Shown here one piece after another: positions 9,131-18,112 of a stretch of 34,328 bases of DNA. How positions within the stretch are numbered: position 1 is the stretch's first letter; every line of letters starts with the position of its first letter. The stretch comes from a virus (taxonomy: Duplodnaviria > Heunggongvirae > Uroviricota > Caudoviricetes), in IMG/VR virus record IMGVR_UViG_2526164597_000016. One strand, given 5' to 3'. Both the position numbers and the translations under genes were made by a program. A model generated the notes under the pieces. The model searched no databases, was not told the origin of the DNA, and saw only the letters and a list, made by a program, of their open reading frames with translations.

Positions 9131-9152
9131 TTGACATGGCTTTGACATGGCT
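9131..9152. repeat. Perfect tandem 11-bp direct repeat TTGACATGGCT x2 just upstream of cos
   Basis: Read directly: 9131-9141 and 9142-9152 are identical. Confidence 0.8.
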
Positions 9153-9188
9153 GTGCAACCGCATTAAAACCGCCCCATGAAGCGGGCG

Positions 9189-9207
9189 GGCGAGGCGGGG
9201 AAAGCAC
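9189..9207. other. cos: cos site: 19-nt cohesive-end sequence GGCGAGGCGGGGAAAGCAC
   Basis: Exact match to the P2 cohesive-end 19-mer as I recall it, located just beyond the end of the portal gene as in P2. Confidence 0.7.
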
Positions 9208-9345
9208 TGCGCGCTGGCGGTGGTGCTGATTTTATTTTTTCAGCGTCTCAGCGCGTCGTAATGGCGCTTAGTCTGCCCGTTGAGGCGTTGGTGTGTCTGC
9301 GGGGTGTTTTGTGCGGTGGTGAGCGTGTGAGGGCGTGATGACGGG

Positions 9346-9371
9346 GTGTAAAAAAGCCGCCCGCAGGCGGC
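9346..9371 (-). terminator. Rho-independent terminator of the P-Q operon
   Basis: On the minus strand directly after the Q stop: GCCGCC-TGCG-GGCGGC hairpin followed by a T-run (plus-strand A-run 9346-9355). Confidence 0.65.
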
Positions 9372-9376
9372 GATGT

Positions 9377-10411
9377 TCAACCGTTGTCAGTGTCCAGTGA
9401 GTAGTTTTTAAAGCGGATGACCTCCTGACCGAGCCAGCCGTTTATTTCCCGAATTCTGTCCTGTAACGGGATAAGCTCATTGCGGACAAAGACCTTTGCC
9501 ACTTTCTCAATATCTCCCAGTGACCCGACGTTCTCCGGCTTGCCGCCCATCAACTGAAAGGGGATACGGTGCGCGTCCAGCAGGTCAGCGGCGCTGGCTT
9601 TTTTGATATTAAAAAAATCGTCCTTCGTTGCCACTTCACTGAGCGGGATAATTTTAATGCCGTCGGCTTTCCCCTGTGGGGCATAGAGAAACAGATTTTT
9701 AAAGTTATTGCGGCCTTTCGACTTCACCATGTTTTCGCGAAGCATTTCGATATCGTTGCGGTCCTGCACGGCATCGGTGACGTACATGATGTATCCGGCA
9801 TGTGCGCCGTTTTCGTAATACTTGCGGCGGAACAGCGTGGCCGACTCATTCAGCCAGGCAGAGTTAAGGGCGCTGAGATATTCCGGCAGGCCGTACAGCT
9901 CCTGATTAATATCCGGCTCCAGCAGGTGAAACACGGAGCCGGGCGCGAAGGCTGTCGGCTCGTTGAAGGACGGCACCCACCAGTAAACATCCTCCTCCAC
10001 GCCACGGCGGGTATATTTTGCCGGTGAGGTTTCCAGTCTGATGACCTTACCGGTGGTGCTGTAACGCTTTTCCAGAAACGCATTACCGAACACCAGAAAA
10101 TCCAGCACAAAGCGGCTGAAATCCTGCTGGGAAAGCCACGGATGCGGGATAAATGTCGAGGCCAGAATATTGCGTTTGACGTAAATCGGCGAGCTGTGAT
10201 GCACGGCAGCACGCAGGCTTTTCGCCAGACCGGTAAAGCTGACCGGCGGCTCATACCATCTGCCGTTACTGATGCACTCGACGTAATCCAGAATGTCACG
10301 GCGGTCGAGTACCGGCACCGGCTCACCAAAGGTGAATGCCTCCATTTTCGGGGCGCTGGCGGTGATTGTTTTTGCCGCAGGTCGCGGTGTTTTCCCTTTT
10401 TTCTTACTCAT
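9377..10411 (-). CDS. Q: Portal protein (P2 gpQ)
   Basis: 344 aa, same length as P2 gpQ; start overlaps the P stop (ATGA); adjacent to cos. Confidence 0.9.
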   Translation of the reverse strand: MSKKKGKTPRPAAKTITASAPKMEAFTFGEPVPVLDRRDILDYVECISNGRWYEPPVSFTGLAKSLRAAVHHSSPIYVKRNILASTFIPHPWLSQQDFSRFVLDFLVFGNAFLEKRYSTTGKVIRLETSPAKYTRRGVEEDVYWWVPSFNEPTAFAPGSVFHLLEPDINQELYGLPEYLSALNSAWLNESATLFRRKYYENGAHAGYIMYVTDAVQDRNDIEMLRENMVKSKGRNNFKNLFLYAPQGKADGIKIIPLSEVATKDDFFNIKKASAADLLDAHRIPFQLMGGKPENVGSLGDIEKVAKVFVRNELIPLQDRIREINGWLGQEVIRFKNYSLDTDNG

Positions 10412-12183
10412 CAGTAAAACTCCAGAATGGTGGATGTCAGCGGAGTGCTGATACCGGCGGTGAGTGGCTCATTTAACAGGGCGTGCATGGTCGCCCAGGC
10501 GAGGTCGGCGTGGCTGGCTTCCTCGCTGCGGCTGGCCTCATAGGTGGCGCTGCGTCCGCTGCTGGTCATGGTCTTGCGGATAGCCATGAACGAGCTGGTG
10601 ATGTCGGTGGCGCTGACGTCATATTCCAGACAGCCACGGCGGATAACGTCTTTTGCCTTGAGCACCATTGCAGTTTTCATTTCCGGCGTGTAGCGGATAT
10701 CGCGCGCGGCGGGATAGAACGAGCGCACGAGCTGGAACACGCCGACACCGAGGCCGGTGGCATCAATACCGATGTATTCGACGTTATATTTTTCGGTGAG
10801 TTTGCGGATGGATTCCGCCTGGGTGGCAAAGTCCATGCCTTTCCACTGGTGACGCTCAAGTATTCTGAATTTGCCACCGGCCACCACCGGCGGTGCCAGC
10901 ACCACGCATCCGGCGCTGTCGCCACGGTGTGACGGGTCGTAACCAATCCATACCGGACGTGAGCCGAACGGATTGGCGGCAAACGGAGCATAGTCTTCCC
11001 ATTCTTCCAGCGTGTCGACCATGCAGCGTTGCAGCTCCTCGAACGGGAACACCGACGCCTTGTCGTCAACAAATTCACACATGAACAGGTTTTTAAAATC
11101 GTCGGCGCTGTTTTCACGTTTGAGTTGCTCAATGTCGAACAGCGTGCAGCCGCCTTTCAGGGCGTCCTCAATGGTGACAATCTGCCGCCACTGGCCGTCC
11201 GCACAGAGAAGCCCACCGGCAAGGGCGTTATGACTGACGTCGATTTCCACGCGTTCGGCGGCGCTGGCGCGTCCCCGGTTAAACAGTTCACCCGACCAGA
11301 ACGGGTAGGCGTCGTGCGCCAGCGTGGACGGGGTGGAGAAATAGGTCGAGCGCAGGTGACTCTGTGAGGCCATACCTGATGCCACCTTACGCAGTACCTG
11401 AAAATTCGGGATCCAGAAAATCTCGTCGACGTACAGGTCGCCGTTATGGCTCTGCGCGGTGTTGGAGTTGGTGCCGAGAAAAATCAGTTTTGCGCCGTTA
11501 TTGCCCAGGACAATCGGGTCACCGGTCAGGTCAACGTCAACCAGACGGGCAAAGGCGATGATGTATTCGCGGAACACATACGCCTGCGTTTTACTGGCCG
11601 ACAGAAAAATCTGGTTATGGCCGGTTTTCAGGGCGCGCAGCAGCGCCTCGCGGGAAAAATAAAACGTCGCGCCAATCTGGCGGGATTTCAGGATATCGCG
11701 GATGCGGTGCTCAAGCCCGGCGCGATACCAGTGCAACTGATAGTCGAAAGACTGCTCAAAGAAAATCTGCTCCAGCTTTTCGATGGCCTCGTCACTGAAA
11801 AAATTCTTTTTCGGTTTGCGACGCCCGCCTTTGTTGCGGTTAGCGACGTTCGGATTAAGGTCTGCCTCGTTGCCGGTCTGACTGTAGCGGTTTACCCGTG
11901 CCAGTCGTTCAATCTGGCGTCCCAGCAGGTCAATTTCCTTGAAGTCACCGCCGGTTTTCTGCGGTTTGATGATGAGCTGGGTCAGCCGCGCTTCCAGACT
12001 CATTTCGACACGGCTGATGGGGGCAACGCTGTCCCAGCCGTCGCGCTGTTTCCAGCTCTGCACCGTCGGGCGTTTCATCTGCAACATGGCGGCAATCTGC
12101 GGCACGGAAAACCCCTGCCAGTACAGCAGCGCCGCCTGACGACGCGGGTCGTGTAAAAGAGTGGTGTCTGTGGTGATGGTCAT
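10411..12183 (-). CDS. P: Terminase large (ATPase) subunit (P2 gpP); start at ATG 12181-12183 with GAGG six nt upstream
   Basis: 590 aa from the internal ATG, matching P2 gpP; upstream of Q on the same strand. Confidence 0.9.
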   Translation of the reverse strand: MTITTDTTLLHDPRRQAALLYWQGFSVPQIAAMLQMKRPTVQSWKQRDGWDSVAPISRVEMSLEARLTQLIIKPQKTGGDFKEIDLLGRQIERLARVNRYSQTGNEADLNPNVANRNKGGRRKPKKNFFSDEAIEKLEQIFFEQSFDYQLHWYRAGLEHRIRDILKSRQIGATFYFSREALLRALKTGHNQIFLSASKTQAYVFREYIIAFARLVDVDLTGDPIVLGNNGAKLIFLGTNSNTAQSHNGDLYVDEIFWIPNFQVLRKVASGMASQSHLRSTYFSTPSTLAHDAYPFWSGELFNRGRASAAERVEIDVSHNALAGGLLCADGQWRQIVTIEDALKGGCTLFDIEQLKRENSADDFKNLFMCEFVDDKASVFPFEELQRCMVDTLEEWEDYAPFAANPFGSRPVWIGYDPSHRGDSAGCVVLAPPVVAGGKFRILERHQWKGMDFATQAESIRKLTEKYNVEYIGIDATGLGVGVFQLVRSFYPAARDIRYTPEMKTAMVLKAKDVIRRGCLEYDVSATDITSSFMAIRKTMTSSGRSATYEASRSEEASHADLAWATMHALLNEPLTAGISTPLTSTILEFY

Positions 12184-12356
12184 GAATACCTCGCCGTGAT
12201 GAATACACGGCAAGGCTACTGAGTCGCGCCCCGCGATTCGCTAAGGTGCTGTTGTGTCAGTGATAAGCCATCCGGGACTGATGGCGGAGGATGCGTATCG
12301 TCGGGAAACTGATGCCGACATGTGACTCCTCTAATCACTATTCAGGACTCCTGACA
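12184..12356. promoter_or_regulatory. Divergent late promoter region (P_P leftward, P_O rightward) expected from P2 organisation
   Basis: Intergenic region between divergent P and O; I could not find a clean TGT-N12-ACA Ogr dyad by eye, so this is a positional call only. Confidence 0.4.
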
Positions 12357-13211
12357 ATGGCAAAAAAAGTCTCAAAATTCTTTCGTATCGGCGTTGAGGG
12401 TGACACCTGTGACGGGCGTGTCATCAGTGCGCAGGATATTCAGGAAATGGCCGAAACCTTTGACCCGCGTGTCTATGGTTGCCGCATTAACCTGGAACAT
12501 CTGCGCGGCATCCTGCCTGACGGTATTTTTAAACGTTATGGCGATGTGGCCGAACTGAAGGCCGAAAAGATTGACGATGATTCGGCGCTGAAAGGCAAAT
12601 GGGCGCTGTTTGCGAAAATCACCCCGACCGATGACCTTATCGCGATGAACAAGGCCGCGCAGAAGGTCTACACCTCAATGGAAATTCAGCCGAACTTTGC
12701 CAACACCGGCAAATGTTATCTGGTGGGTCTGGCCGTCACCGATGACCCGGCAAGCCTCGGTACGGAATACCTGGAATTCTGCCGCACGGCAAAACACAAC
12801 CCTCTGAACCGCTTCAAATTAAGCCCTGAAAACCTGATTTCAGTGGCAACGCCCGTTGAGCTGGAATTTGAAGACCTGCCTGAAACCGTGTTCACCGCCC
12901 TGACCGAAAAGGTGAAATCCATTTTTGGCCGCAAACAGGCCAGCGATGACGCCCGTCTGAATGACGTGCATGAAGCGGTGACCGCTGTCGCTGAACATGT
13001 GCAGGAAAAACTGAGCGCCACTGAGCAGCGCCTCGCTGAGATGGAAACTGCCTTTTCCGCACTTAAGCAGGATGTGACTGACAGGGCGGATGAAACCAGT
13101 CAGGCATTCACCCGCCTGAAAAACAGTCTCGACCACACCGAAAGTCTGACCCAGCAGCGCCGCAGCAAGGCCACCGGCGGTGGCGGTGACGCCCTGATGA
13201 CGAACTGCTGA
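12357..13211 (+). CDS. O: Capsid scaffolding protein (P2 gpO)
   Basis: 284 aa from ATG 12357 (MAKKVSKFF...), matching P2 gpO length; C-terminal coiled-coil-like region. Confidence 0.85.
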   Translation: MAKKVSKFFRIGVEGDTCDGRVISAQDIQEMAETFDPRVYGCRINLEHLRGILPDGIFKRYGDVAELKAEKIDDDSALKGKWALFAKITPTDDLIAMNKAAQKVYTSMEIQPNFANTGKCYLVGLAVTDDPASLGTEYLEFCRTAKHNPLNRFKLSPENLISVATPVELEFEDLPETVFTALTEKVKSIFGRKQASDDARLNDVHEAVTAVAEHVQEKLSATEQRLAEMETAFSALKQDVTDRADETSQAFTRLKNSLDHTESLTQQRRSKATGGGGDALMTNC

Positions 13212-13269
13212 CCGGCGTCAGTCAGTCCGGGAAAACCTTCACGATTAACCCTTAATTTCAGGAAAAACT

Positions 13270-14343
13270 ATGCGCCAGGAAACCCGCTTTAAATTTAATG
13301 CCTACCTGTCCCGTGTTGCCGAGCTGAACGGCATCGACGCCGGTGATGTGTCGAAAAAATTCACCGTTGAACCGTCGGTCACTCAGACCCTGATGAACAC
13401 CATGCAGGAGTCCTCTGACTTTCTGACCCGCATCAATATTGTGCCGGTCAGCGAAATGAAAGGGGAAAAAATTGGTATTGGTGTCACCGGCTCCATTGCC
13501 AGCACCACCGACACCGCCGGTGGCACCGAGCGTCAGCCGAAGGACTTCTCGAAGCTGGCGTCAAACAAGTACGAATGCGACCAGATTAATTTCGATTTTT
13601 ATATCCGCTACAAAACGCTGGACCTGTGGGCGCGTTATCAGGATTTCCAGCTCCGTGTCCGTAACGCCATTATCAAACGCCAGTCCCTTGATTTCATCAT
13701 GGCCGGTTTTAACGGCGTGAGGCGTGCCGAAACCTCTGACCGCAGCAGCAATCCGATGCTGCAGGATGTGGCGGTCGGCTGGCTGCAGAAATACCGCAAT
13801 GAAGCCCCGGCGCGCGTGATGAGCAAGGTTACTGACGAGGAAGGTCACACGACCTCTGAGGTCATCCGCGTGGGCAAGGGCGGTGATTATGCCAGCCTTG
13901 ACGCACTGGTGATGGATGCGACCAACAACCTGATTGAGCCGTGGTATCAGGAAGACCCTGACCTTGTGGTGATTGTGGGTCGCCAGCTACTGGCGGACAA
14001 GTATTTCCCCATCGTCAACAGGGAGCAGGACAACAGCGAAATGCTGGCCGCTGACGTCATCATCAGCCAGAAACGCATCGGTAACCTGCCGGCGGTGCGC
14101 GTCCCGTACTTCCCGGCGGATGCGATGCTCATCACGAAGCTGGAAAACCTGTCCATCTACTACATGGATGACAGCCATCGCCGCGTAATTGTGGAAAACC
14201 CGAAACTCGACCGCGTGGAGAACTACGAGTCAATGAACATTGATTACGTGGTGGAAGACTACGCCGCCGGTTGTCTGGTGGAAAAAATTAAGGTCGGTGA
14301 TTTCTCCACACCGGCTAAAGCGACCGCAGAGCCGGGAGCGTAA
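13270..14343 (+). CDS. N: Major capsid protein (P2 gpN)
   Basis: 357 aa, same as P2 gpN; synteny O-N-M. Confidence 0.9.
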   Translation: MRQETRFKFNAYLSRVAELNGIDAGDVSKKFTVEPSVTQTLMNTMQESSDFLTRINIVPVSEMKGEKIGIGVTGSIASTTDTAGGTERQPKDFSKLASNKYECDQINFDFYIRYKTLDLWARYQDFQLRVRNAIIKRQSLDFIMAGFNGVRRAETSDRSSNPMLQDVAVGWLQKYRNEAPARVMSKVTDEEGHTTSEVIRVGKGGDYASLDALVMDATNNLIEPWYQEDPDLVVIVGRQLLADKYFPIVNREQDNSEMLAADVIISQKRIGNLPAVRVPYFPADAMLITKLENLSIYYMDDSHRRVIVENPKLDRVENYESMNIDYVVEDYAAGCLVEKIKVGDFSTPAKATAEPGA

Positions 14344-14346
14344 CCG

Positions 14347-15090
14347 ATGACGAGTCCCGCACAGCGCCACATGATGCGGGTCTCGGCAGCGATGACCGCG
14401 CAGCGGGAAGCCGCCCCGTTGCGACATGCAACTGTCTATGAGCAGATGCTGGTCAAGCTGGCCGCAGACCAGCGCACACTGAAAGCGATTTATTCAAAAG
14501 AGCTGAAGGCCGCAAAAAAACGCGAACTGCTGCCGTTCTGGTTGCCGTGGGTGAACGGCGTGCTGGAGCAGGGCAAAGGTGCACAGGATGACATTCTGAT
14601 GACGGTCATGCTGTGGCGTCTGGATACCGGCGATATTGCCGGTGCGCTGGAGATTGCCCGTTATGCCCTGAAGTACGGGCTGACCATGCCGGGTAAACAC
14701 CGCCGCACCCCGCCGTACATGTTCACCGAGGAGGTGGCGCTTGCGGCCATGCGCGCTCACGCTGCCGGTGAATCCGTGGATATCCGACTGCTGACGGACA
14801 CCCTTGAACTGACCGCTGCTGCTGACATGCCTGATGAAGTGCGCGCAAAGCTGCACAAAATCACCGGTCTGTTTCTGCGTGACGGTGGTGATGCCGCCGG
14901 TGCGCTGGCGCACCTGCAACGTGCGACACAGCTCGACTGTCAGGCAGGCGTCAAAAAAGAGATTGAACGACTGGAGCGGGAGCTGAAACCGAAGCCGGAG
15001 CCGCAGCCAAAAGCGGCCACCCGTACCCCGCGTAAGACCCGGAGCGTGACACCGGCAAAACGTGGACGCCCGAAAAAGAAAGCCAGTTAA
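14347..15090 (+). CDS. M: Terminase small (endonuclease) subunit (P2 gpM)
   Basis: 247 aa, same as P2 gpM; basic Lys/Arg-rich C-terminus. Confidence 0.85.
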   Translation: MTSPAQRHMMRVSAAMTAQREAAPLRHATVYEQMLVKLAADQRTLKAIYSKELKAAKKRELLPFWLPWVNGVLEQGKGAQDDILMTVMLWRLDTGDIAGALEIARYALKYGLTMPGKHRRTPPYMFTEEVALAAMRAHAAGESVDIRLLTDTLELTAAADMPDEVRAKLHKITGLFLRDGGDAAGALAHLQRATQLDCQAGVKKEIERLERELKPKPEPQPKAATRTPRKTRSVTPAKRGRPKKKAS

Positions 15091-15189
15091 CAACCGAATG
15101 CGCCCCGCGCCAGGGCGGCACGCCGGTCAGTGAGGGTGAATCACCTGACACTGCACCGGCGTCCACCGCCCGACTTTTCAGAGGTAGTC

Positions 15190-15699
15190 ATGATGACGCT
15201 GATTATTCCGCGAAAGGAGGCTCCCGTGTCCGGTGAGGGTACGGTGGTCATCCCGCAACCGGCAGGCGACGAGCCGGTGATTAAAAACACGTTCTTTTTT
15301 CCCGATATCGACCCGAAGCGCGTCCGGGAACGTATGCGCCTTGAGCAGACCGTCGCCCCCGCCCGTCTGCGTGAGGCCATCAAGTCAGGCATGGCGGAGA
15401 CGAATGCGGAGCTGTACGAGTACCGCGAACAGAAAATTGCCGCCGGTTTTACGCGTCTGGCGGACGTCCCGGCGGACGACATCGACGGTGAAAGCATCAA
15501 AGTTTTTTACTACGAGCGCGCCGTGTGTGCGATGGCGACCGCGTCGCTTTATGAGCGTTATCGCGGCGTGGATGCCAGTGCGAAAGGCGACAAGAAGGCT
15601 GACAGCATTGACAGCACCATTGATGAACTGTGGCGGGATATGCGCTGGGCGGTGGCGCGTATCCAGGACAAGCCGCGCTGCATCGTGAGTCAAATCTGA
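15190..15699 (+). CDS. L: Head completion protein (P2 gpL)
   Basis: 169 aa from ATG 15190 (GAGG upstream), matching P2 gpL. Confidence 0.8.
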   Translation: MMTLIIPRKEAPVSGEGTVVIPQPAGDEPVIKNTFFFPDIDPKRVRERMRLEQTVAPARLREAIKSGMAETNAELYEYREQKIAAGFTRLADVPADDIDGESIKVFYYERAVCAMATASLYERYRGVDASAKGDKKADSIDSTIDELWRDMRWAVARIQDKPRCIVSQI

Positions 15700-15902
15700 T
15701 GAAGACCTTTGCGCTACAGGGCGACACGCTCGACGCCATTTGTGTCCGGTATTACGGGCGCACTGAGGGCGTGGTCGAAGCCGTTCTCGCCGCAAATCCG
15801 GGACTGGCTGAACTGGGTGCGGTGCTGCCACACGGCACCGCCGTCGAACTGCCCGACGTTCAGACCGCGCCCGTGGCTGAAACTGTCAATCTGTGGGAGT
15901 AA
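15699..15902 (+). CDS. X: Tail protein X (P2 gpX)
   Basis: 67 aa; ATG overlaps the L stop (TGATG); length matches P2 gpX. Confidence 0.75.
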   Translation: MKTFALQGDTLDAICVRYYGRTEGVVEAVLAANPGLAELGAVLPHGTAVELPDVQTAPVAETVNLWE

Positions 15903-15905
15903 CGC

Positions 15906-16187
15906 ATGACAGCAGAAGAAAAAAGCGTCCTGTCGCTTTTCATGATTGGGGTGCTGATTGTTGTCGGCAAGGTGCTTGCCGGTGGTGAACCCATCACCCC
16001 GCGTCTGTTTATCGGGCGCATGTTGCTCGGTGGTTTTGTCTCGATGGTTGCCGGTGTTGTTCTGGTGCAGTTTCCTGACCTGTCACTGCCTGCGGTGTGC
16101 GGTATCGGCTCCATGCTGGGTATCGCCGGTTATCAGGTGATTGAGATTGCCATTCAGCGCCGCTTTAAGGGCAGGGGGAAACCGTAA
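15906..16187 (+). CDS. Y: Holin (P2 gpY)
   Basis: 93 aa with hydrophobic transmembrane segments (LFMIGVLIVVGKVLAG, LLGGFVSMVAGVVLV); immediately precedes the endolysin. Confidence 0.8.
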   Translation: MTAEEKSVLSLFMIGVLIVVGKVLAGGEPITPRLFIGRMLLGGFVSMVAGVVLVQFPDLSLPAVCGIGSMLGIAGYQVIEIAIQRRFKGRGKP

Positions 16188-16684
16188 TGCCGGTTATTAA
16201 CACGCATCAGAATATCGCCGCCTTTCTCGACATGCTGGCCGAGTCCGAAGGGACGGCAAACCATCCGCTGACGAAAAACCGGGGCTATGACGTGATAGTC
16301 ACCGGACTGGACGGGAAGCCGGAAATTTTCACCGACTACAGTGACCACCCGTTCGCACATGGCCGACCGGCGAAGGTGTTTAACCGTCGCGGTGAAAAAT
16401 CCACGGCCTCCGGTCGCTATCAGCAGCTTTACCTGTTCTGGCCGCATTACCGCAAACAGCTTGCCCTGCCGGATTTCAGTCCGTTGTCACAGGACAGACT
16501 TGCCATTCAGTTGATCCGCGAACGCGGTGCACTGGATGACATCCGGGCGGGACGCATTGAGCGCGCCATTTCACGCTGTCGCAATATCTGGGCGTCCCTG
16601 CCGGGAGCCGGTTACGGTCAGCGTGAGCATTCACTGGAAAAACTGGTCACCGTCTGGCGTACCGCTGGCGGCGTACCGGCTTAA
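16187..16684 (+). CDS. K: Endolysin / lysozyme (P2 gpK)
   Basis: 165 aa, same as P2 gpK; TAATG coupling with the holin gene. Confidence 0.85.
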   Translation: MPVINTHQNIAAFLDMLAESEGTANHPLTKNRGYDVIVTGLDGKPEIFTDYSDHPFAHGRPAKVFNRRGEKSTASGRYQQLYLFWPHYRKQLALPDFSPLSQDRLAIQLIRERGALDDIRAGRIERAISRCRNIWASLPGAGYGQREHSLEKLVTVWRTAGGVPA

Positions 16685-16698
16685 ACGGAGTAAACACC

Positions 16699-17124
16699 AT
16701 GAAGAAATTATCCCTTTCACTGATGCTGAACGTGTCGCTGGCGCTGATGCTGGCACTGTCACTGATTTACCCGCAGAGCGTGGCCGTCAATTTTGTCGCT
16801 GCCTGGGCGATTCTGGCGACGGTTATCTGTGTGGTTGCCGGTGGTGTCGGCGTGTATGCCACTGAGTATGTGCTGGAACGCTACGGGCGGGAGCTGCCGC
16901 CGGAATCGCTGGCCGTGAAGATTGTCACGGCGCTGTTTTTGCAGCCGGTGCCGTGGCGCAGACGGGCGGCGGCTCTGGTGGTGATGGTGGCGACGTTTAT
17001 CGCGCTGGTCGCTGCCGGGTGGATTTTTACCGTGCTGATTTATCTCGTGGCGTCGCTGTTTTTCCGGCTGATACGCACGGCCTGTCGTCAGCGTTTTGAG
17101 GGGCGGGAACCATGTCAAAGCTGA
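16699..17124 (+). CDS. lysA: Lysis regulatory membrane protein LysA
   Basis: 141 aa with several hydrophobic helices; position after K. Confidence 0.7.
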   Translation: MKKLSLSLMLNVSLALMLALSLIYPQSVAVNFVAAWAILATVICVVAGGVGVYATEYVLERYGRELPPESLAVKIVTALFLQPVPWRRRAAALVVMVATFIALVAAGWIFTVLIYLVASLFFRLIRTACRQRFEGREPCQS

Positions 17125-17537
17125 TGATTGTGCTGGTTGTGTTGTTATCACTGGCGGTGGCCGGTCTGTTTCTGGCGAAGCATGAAAACGCCAGCCTGCG
17201 CACCTCGCTGGACAGGGCGAACAACGTCGCCAACGGGCAGCAGACGACCATCACCATGCTGAAAAATCAGCTTCATGTTGCCCTCACCAGAGCAGACAAA
17301 AACGAGCTGGCGCAGGTGGCACTGCGTCAGGAACTGGAGAACGCGGCGAAGCGTGAAGCACAGCGCGAGAAAACCATCACGAGGTTACTGAATGAAAACG
17401 AAGATTTTCGCCGCTGGTACGGCGCTGGCCTGCCTGATGCTGTGCGCCGGTTGCACCAGCGCCCGGCCTGCACCGACGCCAGTGATTGTCGCCAACGCCT
17501 GCCCGAAAGTGAGCCTTTGCCCGATGCCGGGCAGTGA
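17112..17537 (+). CDS. lysB: LysB, Rz-like inner-membrane spanin
   Basis: N-terminal transmembrane helix followed by a charged coiled-coil-like region. Confidence 0.7.
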   Translation: MSKLMIVLVVLLSLAVAGLFLAKHENASLRTSLDRANNVANGQQTTITMLKNQLHVALTRADKNELAQVALRQELENAAKREAQREKTITRLLNENEDFRRWYGAGLPDAVRRLHQRPACTDASDCRQRLPESEPLPDAGQ

Positions 17538-17682
17538 CCCGGAGACGAACGGCGATTTAAGTGCCGATATCCGACAGCTTGAGAACGCGCTGGCACGCTG
17601 TGCCAGCCAGGTAAAAATGATTAAACACTGTCAGGACGAAAACGATGCTCAAACCCGACAGCCTGCGCAGGGCGCTGACTGA
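17392..17682 (+). CDS. lysC: LysC, Rz1-like outer-membrane lipoprotein spanin, begins inside lysB in another frame
   Basis: Signal peptide with lipobox LCAGC; Pro-rich mature region; embedded/overlapping arrangement as in P2. Confidence 0.7.
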   Translation: MKTKIFAAGTALACLMLCAGCTSARPAPTPVIVANACPKVSLCPMPGSDPETNGDLSADIRQLENALARCASQVKMIKHCQDENDAQTRQPAQGAD

Positions 17683-18112
17683 TGCCGTCACGGTGCTGAA
17701 AACCAGTCCCGAGATGCTGCGGATATTCGTGGATAACGGGAGTATTGCCTCCACACTGGCGACGTCGCTGTCATTCGAAAAGCGTTACACGCTCAACGTG
17801 ATTGTGACCGACTTTACCGGTGATTTTGACCTGCTCATCGTGCCGGTGCTGGCGTGGCTGCGGGAAAATCAGCCAGACATCATGACCACCGACGCAGGCC
17901 AGAAAAAGGGCTTCACGTTTTATGCAGACATCAACAATGACAGCAGCTTTGATATCAGCATCAGTCTGATGCTGACCGAGCGCACGCTGGTCAGTGAGGT
18001 GGACGGCGCACTGCATGTGAAGAATATCCCGGAACCTCCGCCGCCGGAGCCGGTCACCCGCCCGGTGGAGCTTTATATCAATGGTGAACTGGTGAGCAAG
18101 TGGGATGAATGA
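17645..18112 (+). CDS. R: Tail completion protein R (P2 gpR)
   Basis: 155 aa, same as P2 gpR. Confidence 0.8.
   Translation: MLKPDSLRRALTDAVTVLKTSPEMLRIFVDNGSIASTLATSLSFEKRYTLNVIVTDFTGDFDLLIVPVLAWLRENQPDIMTTDAGQKKGFTFYADINNDSSFDISISLMLTERTLVSEVDGALHVKNIPEPPPPEPVTRPVELYINGELVSKWDE

Noticed and set aside
10483-12208. Multiple long antisense or alternative-frame ORFs inside the terminase gene P
   Set aside because: They overlap a well-supported P2 gpP-like gene and are GC-rich with Arg/Ala/Gly-rich translations typical of off-frame reading; no ribosome-binding sites.
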